DNA of 24,387 bases, from the UHGV virus genome UHGV-0076424; one strand, given 5' to 3'. A model generated the notes under the pieces. It had not been told where the DNA came from. It was given only the letters and a program-made list of their open reading frames with translations, and made no database searches. The stretch comes from a virus. A program made the position numbers and the translations under genes. Shown piece by piece: positions 17,709 to 24,387 of the stretch. Each line of letters begins with the position of its first letter. Position 1 is the stretch's first letter.

Positions 17709-18233
17709 ATGAATAATCATTCAGTTATTCCAGCCTTCGACTTCCGAGAAATGGTGCAAGCCAAAAACGGAGAGGTCGTTACCACATCCAGAAAAATTGC
17801 CAAGTACTTCGGCAAGCGACACGGTGATGTTCTCAGGAAAATCGAGCAGGTTAAGGCTGATTGCTCGCGTGAGTTTAGCCAACGCAATTTTGCGTCGGCT
17901 GATTATATCGATGAGCAGGGCAAGGTTCGCCCGATGTACAGCCTGACGAAAGATGGCTGGATCATGGTTGTGATGGGGTTCACCGGGAAAGCTGCTGCGG
18001 CAATCAAGGAGAGCTATATCGCAGCATTCAACTGGATGGCAGAACAACTGAGCCGCCGCATGGCAATTGGCGAAGAAATGCAGCACCGCTACGCCATCAA
18101 AGAAACACGCTCAAAGCTGAAAGGTACGATCGGCAGTCGGTTAATGAACGAACGGAAGAAAGAGAAGCGTGTCCTGACTGTCGAGCATGAATACATCTTG
18201 CAGGTGACACAGCCTGAACTGCTGATTAATTGA
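17709..18233 (+). CDS. Rha-family phage regulatory protein (antirepressor-like)
   Basis: 174 aa from the ATG at 17709 preceded by AAGG; MNNHSVIPAFDFREMVQAKNGEVVTTSRKIAKYFGKRHGDVLRKIE resembles the Rha N-terminal domain. The track ORF extends 81 codons further upstream. Confidence 0.65.
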   Translation: MNNHSVIPAFDFREMVQAKNGEVVTTSRKIAKYFGKRHGDVLRKIEQVKADCSREFSQRNFASADYIDEQGKVRPMYSLTKDGWIMVVMGFTGKAAAAIKESYIAAFNWMAEQLSRRMAIGEEMQHRYAIKETRSKLKGTIGSRLMNERKKEKRVLTVEHEYILQVTQPELLIN

Positions 18234-18535
18234 AGATGTCATTACAAAGCCTATCTACGGGGGGCTTGATAATGGCTTATACCCTGCACGGGATAACTTA
18301 ACTGATATCCCTTTTAACGGATAAAGGTATTCAAGCCTGACACATCATGCGCTGTATCGTCGCCGTATTCCCGCATTAACCATGACCGTAGCCCGACGGG
18401 GAATTCCTTCTGCGTGAGTGTGCGGGAATAATCAAAAACGATGCACACCGGGTTATTAACGCGTCAACTGAACGCGGGGTTGCTCTTCATGTCAGCCAGT
18501 CCGGTGCAGGGGTAGAAGAAACCGGACGTTATGGT

Positions 18536-18946
18536 TTAGTGTGGAAACATTTGTGATGTGCTCTGTATGTTTTCAGTAAAGAGTAATGAATTATCAAAGG
18601 TATAGTAATATCTTTTTTGTTCGTGGATATTTGTAACCCACCGAAAAACTCCTGCTTTAGCAAGGTTTCTTCTGTATTCCTGAAATGTGATCTCTCTGGA
18701 TTTCAGCTTATTAGAGGTCGTTTCTATAAGATGCCTATCCTTTGAAAATTTGACAGACACAATGTTTTTTAGGCCCTTTAATAACACTGTATTATCATTT
18801 TTTAATACAATATGAACATTCTCTGTGGCTAAATAGTAAATGTAATGTGAGACATTGTGACGTTTTAGCTCAGAATAAAACCATTGATAGTTTAAATCGT
18901 TTCGAACTTTATCAAATATTTGTTTAAAAATGACTACCTGATCCAT
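18536..18946 (-). CDS. ybcV: YbcV (DUF1398-family protein)
   Basis: 136 aa from the internal Met ([31 protein letters not shown]...), preceded by GGAAGG; matches K-12 YbcV as recalled. Low GC. Confidence 0.8.
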   Translation of the reverse strand: MDQVVIFKQIFDKVRNDLNYQWFYSELKRHNVSHYIYYLATENVHIVLKNDNTVLLKGLKNIVSVKFSKDRHLIETTSNKLKSREITFQEYRRNLAKAGVFRWVTNIHEQKRYYYTFDNSLLFTENIQSTSQMFPH

Positions 18947-19004
18947 AGATAAACCTTCCATGTGATATGAGGGGGGCGTAGTCTGCACGATTATCTAAAT
19001 TGCT

Positions 19005-19238
19005 TCAATCTGGTCTGATCTGTTTTCTGAGCAATTCAGTAATGTCACTCTTTTCTTTGTTTGCTTCAGGAGAAACTCTTTTTTCTGAGCACAGTCTCCG
19101 GCGGCAGGCTTCAATGACCCAGGCTGAGAAATTCCCGGACCCTTTTTGATCAAGAGCGATGTTAATTTGTTCAATCATTTGGTTAGGAAAGCGGATGTTG
19201 CGGGTTGTTGTTCTGCGGGTTCTGTTCTTCGTTGACAT
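19005..19238 (-). CDS. ylcI: YlcI-like small basic protein (possible ribbon-helix-helix DNA binder)
   Basis: 77 aa with a basic N-terminus (KNRTRRTTTRNIRF); position upstream of cos/nohD matches DLP12 ylcI. Symbol assignment is tentative. Confidence 0.5.
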   Translation of the reverse strand: MSTKNRTRRTTTRNIRFPNQMIEQINIALDQKGSGNFSAWVIEACRRRLCSEKRVSPEANKEKSDITELLRKQIRPD

Positions 19239-19399
19239 GAGGTTGTCCCGTATTCAGTGTCGCTGATTTGTATTGTCTGAAGTTGTTTTTACGTTAAGTT
19301 GATGCAGATCAATTAATACGATACCTGCGTCATAATTGATTATTTGACGTGGTTTGATGGCGTAGATGCACGTTGTGACATGCAGATGATAATCATTAT

Positions 19400-19626
19400 C
19401 ATTTTGTGGGTCCTTTCCGGCGATCCGACAGGTTACGGGGCGGCGACCTCGCGGGTTTTCGCTATTTATGAAAATTTTCCGGTTTAAGGCGTTTCCGTTC
19501 TTCTTCGTCGTAACTTAATGTTTTTATTTAAAATACCCCCTGAAAAGAAAGGAAACGACAGGTGCTGAAAACGAACTTTTGGGCCTTTGTCGTTTCCTTT
19601 CTCTGTTTTTGTCCGTGGAATGAACA
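19400..19626 (+). other. cos site: cosQ, cosN (12-nt cohesive end at 19438-19449) and cosB
   Basis: GGGCGGCGACCT followed by CGCGGGTTTTCGCTATTTATGAAAATTTTCCGGTTTAAGGCGTTTCCGTTCTTCTTCG, near-identical to the lambda left end; upstream TCCTTTCCGGCGATCCGACAGGTTACG matches the lambda right end. Confidence 0.85.
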
Positions 19627-20172
19627 ATGGAAGTCAACAAAAAGCAGCTGGCTGACATTTTCGGTGCGAGTATCCGTACCATTCAGAACTGGCAGGAACA
19701 GGGAATGCCCGTTCTGCGAGGCGGTGGCAAGGGTAATGAGGTGCTTTATGACTCTGCCGCCGTTATAAAATGGTATGCCGAAAGGGATGCTGAAATTGAG
19801 AACGAAAAGCTGCGCCGGGAGGTTGAAGAACTGCGGCAGGCCAGCGAGGCAGATCTCCAGCCAGGGACTATTGAGTACGAACGCCATCGACTTACGCGTG
19901 CACAGGCCGACGCACAGGAGCTGAAAAATGCCAGAGACTCCGCTGAAGTGGTGGAAACCGCATTCTGTACTTTCGTGCTGTCGCGGATCGCAGGTGAAAT
20001 TGCCAGTATTCTCGACGGGATCCCCCTGTCGGTGCAGCGGCGTTTTCCGGAACTGGAAAACCGACATGTTGATTTCCTGAAACGGGATATCATCAAAGCC
20101 ATGAACAAAGCAGCCGCGCTGGATGAACTGATACCGGGGTTGCTGAGTGAATATATCGAACAGTCAGGTTAA
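19627..20172 (+). CDS. nohD: Terminase small subunit Nu1
   Basis: 181-aa product [54 protein letters not shown]... is essentially identical to lambda Nu1. Confidence 0.95.
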   Translation: MEVNKKQLADIFGASIRTIQNWQEQGMPVLRGGGKGNEVLYDSAAVIKWYAERDAEIENEKLRREVEELRQASEADLQPGTIEYERHRLTRAQADAQELKNARDSAEVVETAFCTFVLSRIAGEIASILDGIPLSVQRRFPELENRHVDFLKRDIIKAMNKAAALDELIPGLLSEYIEQSG

Positions 20173-22372
20173 CAGGCTGCGGCATTTTGTCCGCGCCGGG
20201 CTTCGCTCACTGTTCAGGCCGGAGCCACAGACCGCCGTTGAATGGGCGGATGCCAATTATTATCTCCCGAAAGAATCCGCATACCAGGAAGGGCGCTGGG
20301 AAACACTGCCCTTTCAGCGGGCCATCATGAATGCGATGGGCAGTGACTACGTCCGCGAGGTGAATGTGGTGAAGTCTGCCCGTGTTGGTTATTCCAAAAT
20401 GCTGCTGGGTGTTTATGCCTACTTCATAGAGCATAAGCAGCGCAACACCCTTATCTGGTTGCCGACGGATGGTGATGCCGAGAACTTTATGAAAACCCAC
20501 GTTGAGCCGACCATCCGCGATATTCCTTCGCTGCTTGCGCTGGCCCCGTGGTATGGCAAAAAGCACCGGGATAACACGCTCACCATGAAGCGTTTCACCA
20601 ATGGGCGTGGCTTCTGGTGCCTGGGCGGTAAAGCGGCAAAAAACTACCGTGAAAAGTCGGTGGATGTGGCGGGTTATGATGAACTTGCTGCCTTTGATGA
20701 GGATATTGAACAGGAAGGCTCTCCGACGTTCCTTGGCGACAAACGTATTGAAGGCTCGGTCTGGCCAAAGTCCATCCGTGGCTCCACGCCCAAAGTGAGA
20801 GGCACCTGCCAGATTGAGCGTGCAGCCAGTGAATCCCCGCATTTTATGCGTTTTCATGTTGCCTGCCCGCACTGCGGGGAGGAGCAGTACCTTAAATTTG
20901 GCGATAAAGAGACGCCGTTTGGCCTCAAATGGACGCCGGATGATCCCTCCAGCGTGTTTTATCTCTGCGAACATAATGCCTGCGTCATCCGCCAGCAGGA
21001 GCTGGACTTCACTGATGCCCGTTATATCTGCGAAAAGACCGGGATCTGGACCCGTGATGGCATTCTCTGGTTTTCGTCATCCGGTGAAGAGATTGAGCCG
21101 CCGGACAGCGTGACCTTTCACATCTGGACGGCGTACAGCCCGTTCACCACCTGGGTGCAGATTGTCAAAGACTGGATGAAAACGAAAGGGGATACGGGAA
21201 AACGTAAAACCTTCGTAAACACCACGCTCGGTGAGACGTGGGAGGCGAAAATTGGCGAACGTCCGGATGCTGAAGTGATGGCAGAGCGGAAAGAGCATTA
21301 TTCAGCGCCCGTTGCCGCACCGGCAGCGCCGTCGCGGATTGAGCTGACGCCGGGCTATTTTCAGATAACCGCCACGCCGCATCTTGCGGTTTATGATCCG
21401 ACGGTACAGTTTGAGTTCTGGTTCTCGGAAAAGCGGATTGCGGATATCAGGCAGGTTGAAACCACAGCACGCTATCTTGGCACGGCGCTGTACTGGATAG
21501 CCGCCAGTATCAATATCAAACCGGGCCATGATTATTACTTTTATATCCGCAGTGTGAACACCGTTGGCAAATCGGCATTCGTGGAGGCTGTTGGTCAGCC
21601 GAGTGATGATGCATCCGGTTATCTGGATTTTTTCAAAGGCGAGATAGGGAAAACCCATCTGGCTCAGGAGCTGTGGACGCAGATTGATAACGGTCAGCTT
21701 GCGCCTGACCTGGCTGAAATCAGGACGTCCATTACGGATGTCAGCAATGAAATCACGCAGACCGTCAATAAGAAACTGGAAAACCAGAGTGCGGCAATTC
21801 AGCAGATACAGAAGGTTCAGGTTGATACAAATAATAACCTGAACAGCATGTGGGCTGTGAAGCTGCAGCAGATGCAGGACGGACGCCTTTATATCGCGGG
21901 TATTGGTGCCGGTATTGAGAACACCCCTGACGGCATGCAGAGTCAGGTGCTGCTGGCGGCGGACAGGATTGCGATGGTTAATCCTGCGAATGGCAACACA
22001 AAACCGATGTTTGTTGGTCAGGGCGATCAGATATTCATGAACGACGTGTTCCTGAAACGCCTGACGGCCCCCACCATTACCAGCGGTGGCAGTCCTCCGG
22101 TATCGCCGGAAGGGGAGTTTCAGAAGTGGAACGGCACAGCCTGGGTGAAAGATGCAGAAGCAGAAAAACTGTTCCGGATCCGGGAGGCGGAAGAAACAAA
22201 AAACAGCCTGATGCAGGTAGCCAGTGAGCATATTTCGCCACTTCAGGATGCGGTAGATCTGGAGATTGCAACGGAGGAAGAAATATCGTTGCTGACAGCC
22301 TGGAAGAAGTATCGGGTATTGCTGAACCGTGTTGATATTCTTGAGCCAGTTTGGCCTGTGCAACCACAATAA
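20147..22372 (+). pseudogene. Chimeric deletion-scar ORF: terminase large subunit A N-terminus fused in frame to tail-tip J and tail-fibre-assembly (Tfa) C-terminal fragments
   Basis: Residues 1 to ~390 (to KEHYSAPV) match lambda gpA. The product then continues as [34 protein letters not shown]...[20 protein letters not shown] (lambda J C-terminal region) and ends [17 protein letters not shown]...LLNRVD (Tfa C-terminus). Confidence 0.8.
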
Positions 22373-22478
22373 CGGAAGGATTTACTCCTTTTATTATTGC
22401 TGACTTAAAGCCAGTTTCAGGCGTATCGTGGCTGAGACAGATAACCACCCGCTATGCGAGTGGTTATGATTTTAACCT

Positions 22479-23198
22479 TTAACCTTTAACCTTTAATTTG
22501 AGATTTTTTACTTTGCCATAAAGCGTATCTTTTAAAGAAAAAGATGGAACCCAGTTAAAACCAGTGCGCCAGGGGCGTGGACTACCGTGAAAACACACAA
22601 CTGAAACACTGTCAGGTACTTTCCCAGTTGCTGATTTTGATGCCAGGTCTGGATTGTATCCAATCATTGATTTTGTTGCTATATCGCATTTATAACTTTT
22701 AATTGCATCTGGAATAATGTCCTGCCATAAGTCTGGCTTAGTAACACTACCGATAAAACCTTGATCACCCCATTTATCTTCAGTTTTGCATTCTTGCATT
22801 ATTTGTTCAGGATTGGCAGTAAATTCCTCCCATATTTTTGTCTTTGCAGAAACGGGAATCATCATAATTGAGGAGTTAACACGGTCATGATGATTAAACT
22901 CCCTGAGCATGGTAAAATTTTTAGCTTTTGTAAAAATATCCAATTTTCCAGTAATGACAACATCTATGTCAAAATATAAAATGTCATGATTCCCGATTAC
23001 TGGATGGTTTGGGTTAAATAACTCCATTTTTGACCACCAACCAGGCCAATCAAATAACAAAGGTGCAGTATTCACACCATCAATACTTCCAGCATCAGTC
23101 AAGCAGATTGAGGGCATTGAACCAAATTGTTTATGAAGCCATTGTGCATGTTTCGGCGTAAAATCCTTGCCGCAGCGTAGTACAGAAACGATCAACAT
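22479..23198 (-). CDS. Hypothetical 239-aa b-region protein (possible DxD-motif nucleotide-sugar transferase or phosphoesterase-like)
   Basis: Intact low-GC ORF between the tail-gene scar and attR; contains GNHD and YFDIDVV (DxD-like) motifs. No family confidently recognised. Confidence 0.5.
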   Translation of the reverse strand: MLIVSVLRCGKDFTPKHAQWLHKQFGSMPSICLTDAGSIDGVNTAPLLFDWPGWWSKMELFNPNHPVIGNHDILYFDIDVVITGKLDIFTKAKNFTMLREFNHHDRVNSSIMMIPVSAKTKIWEEFTANPEQIMQECKTEDKWGDQGFIGSVTKPDLWQDIIPDAIKSYKCDIATKSMIGYNPDLASKSATGKVPDSVSVVCFHGSPRPWRTGFNWVPSFSLKDTLYGKVKNLKLKVKG

Positions 23199-23471
23199 AG
23201 AAAATCTTTCCTAAACTTTCAGATCTAATTTATACATTAAATAGTTTGAGGTTATGAATACTATCTGAAGTATACAAGTTATTATGTGAAACAACCAGAA
23301 GAGTGACTACAATCCTAAGAAAACAAATTGTGGTAGATGTTGGCGCGAGAATACACAGGCGGAACGATTACCTGTGATGTTGGTGGGTCGAAGTTGTATG
23401 AAAAATTTCCTGCTGGGGATAAATAAAGTCGCGGTATGTCATGTGCGGGAAGGAATAATCATTGGTTTTAT

Positions 23472-23506
23472 GCCGCAGCACGTTGTATGCAATAACGTGC
23501 TGCGGC
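23472..23506. promoter_or_regulatory. Perfect 13-bp inverted repeat, candidate sib-like retroregulator
   Basis: GCCGCAGCACGTT, 9-nt loop, AACGTGCTGCGGC; about 250 bp on the b-region side of the att core, where lambda carries sib. No U-tract follows on either strand. Confidence 0.4.
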
Positions 23507-23612
23507 TGGCTGGTGAACTTCCGATAGTGCGAGTATTGAATGATTTCCAGACGTTACCGATTTTACGACAAAAAATTAGCGCAAGAAGACAAAAATCACC
23601 TTGCGCTAATGC

Positions 23613-23775
23613 TCTGTTACAGGTCACTAATACCATCTAAGTAGTTGATTCATAGTGACTGGATATGTTGTGTTTTGTCGCGTTTTGCAGTCTATTTTTT
23701 AGACTGAATCAATTATAAGTCGTTGATATTAATTGTTTTTACCGTTTCACATTCAACTTTTTTATACTAACTTGA
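23613..23775 (+). other. attR (phage P arm, core, bacterial B' arm)
   Basis: TCTGTTACAGGTCACTAATACCATCTAAGTAGTTGATTCATAGTGACTG matches the start of the lambda attP P arm with arm-type Int sites. Core CTTTTTTATACTAA (23757-23770) is 14/15 to lambda, followed by CTTGAGCGAAACG, the lambda attB B' arm. Confidence 0.8.
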
Positions 23776-23860
23776 GCGAAACGGGAAGGTAAAAAGACAA
23801 AAAGTTGTTTTTAATACCTTTAAGTGATACCAGATGGCATTGCGCCATCTGGCAGAGTGA

Positions 23861-24337
23861 TTAACTAAACATCGCAGTAATCGAGGCGCTTGCCAGAGAG
23901 TGGAAATGAACGTTAAACCCGACCATCGCGCCGCTGGCACCTTCATCGACATCAATACGTTCTATATCCAGCGCGTGAACGGTAAAAATGTAGCGATGAG
24001 TTTCGCCTTTCGGCGGTGCTGCGCCATCGTACCCGGTTTTACCAAAGTCGGTACGCGTCTGCAAAACGCCGTCTGGCATTGCTACCAGACCAGAGCCAAA
24101 CCCTTGCGGTAATACGCGGGTATCAGCGGGTAAGTTAACAACTACCCAGTGCCACCAGCCGGAGCCGGTTGGCGCATCCGGGTCGTAGCAGGTGACAACA
24201 AAACTTTTCGTTCCCGCAGGAACATCATCCCACGCCAGATGCGGTGAAATATTATCGCCATCGTAACCCATGCCGTTAAAGACATGACGATGCGGCAATT
24301 TATCGCCATCGCGCAGATCGTTACTGATGAGTTTCAT
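23861..24337 (-). CDS. ybhB: Host PEBP-family protein YbhB
   Basis: 158-aa product MKLISNDLRDGDKLPHRHVFNGMGYDGDNISPHLAWDDVPAGTKSF... matches E. coli YbhB, the gene flanking att-lambda on the bio side. Confidence 0.9.
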   Translation of the reverse strand: MKLISNDLRDGDKLPHRHVFNGMGYDGDNISPHLAWDDVPAGTKSFVVTCYDPDAPTGSGWWHWVVVNLPADTRVLPQGFGSGLVAMPDGVLQTRTDFGKTGYDGAAPPKGETHRYIFTVHALDIERIDVDEGASGAMVGFNVHFHSLASASITAMFS

Positions 24338-24387
24338 GAACCCTCCTTTCTTGTTTGCAGAAAGTGTAGCCAGAAACCCTCACGCGG

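Noticed and set aside
21302-22369. 355-aa minus-strand ORF (plus 20207..20974 and other internal ORFs)
   Set aside because: Antisense to the terminase/J/Tfa fusion whose sense-strand product matches lambda proteins. The Arg-rich, low-complexity translation is typical of a spurious antisense frame.
23374-23640. 88-aa plus-strand ORF and overlapping 65-aa minus-strand ORF
   Set aside because: Both span the sib-like hairpin and run into the attR P arm, which is expected to be non-coding regulatory DNA; no RBS evident.
1-24387. CRISPR arrays, tRNA genes and IS elements
   Set aside because: No spaced direct-repeat arrays or cloverleaf-compatible segments were seen. ren and nmpC, which I recall as IS-disrupted in K-12 DLP12, are uninterrupted here, and no transposase ORF is present.

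Overview
This window is the right-hand ~23.7 kb of a lambda-related (lambdoid) prophage plus its host junction. It is written in phage-map orientation and ends at an attR-like site (lambda-type P arm, 14/15 core, lambda attB B' arm) next to host ybhB, i.e. the classical att-lambda locus; int/xis lie off the left edge. Gene calls rest on recalled similarity to lambda and E. coli K-12 DLP12 proteins and on sequence signals read directly; no database search was run. Order: early-left operon on the minus strand (orf61/63/60a-like, exo, bet, short gam, an unrecognised 96-aa gene), a candidate pL/OL, a low-GC two-gene cassette in the rexAB position, a LexA-type cI repressor, OR/pR, a Cro-like HTH, a 179-aa cII-position protein, O with in-gene ori iterons, P and ren. 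Next is a low-GC cargo block (emrE, serine recombinase ybcK, periplasmic PEBP ybcL, AraC-type ybcM), then a DLP12-type nin region (ybcN, ninE, ybcO, rusA, ylcG, Q). An intact nmpC porin sits between Q and the lysis cassette (S21-type pinholin, SAR endolysin, Rz/Rz1), followed by a Rha-like regulator, ybcV, a ylcI-like gene, lambda-type cos and Nu1. All head and tail genes are missing: the terminase A N-terminus is fused in frame to J and Tfa C-terminal fragments, so the prophage is morphogenesis-defective. The best candidate for an undescribed system is the cI-linked cassette (89-aa soluble protein plus 146-aa coiled-coil membrane-anchored protein) in the position where lambda carries rexAB. 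Secondary leads are the apparent lack of an N gene downstream of pL, the serine-recombinase cargo island, and a low-GC b-region ORF next to a sib-like hairpin.
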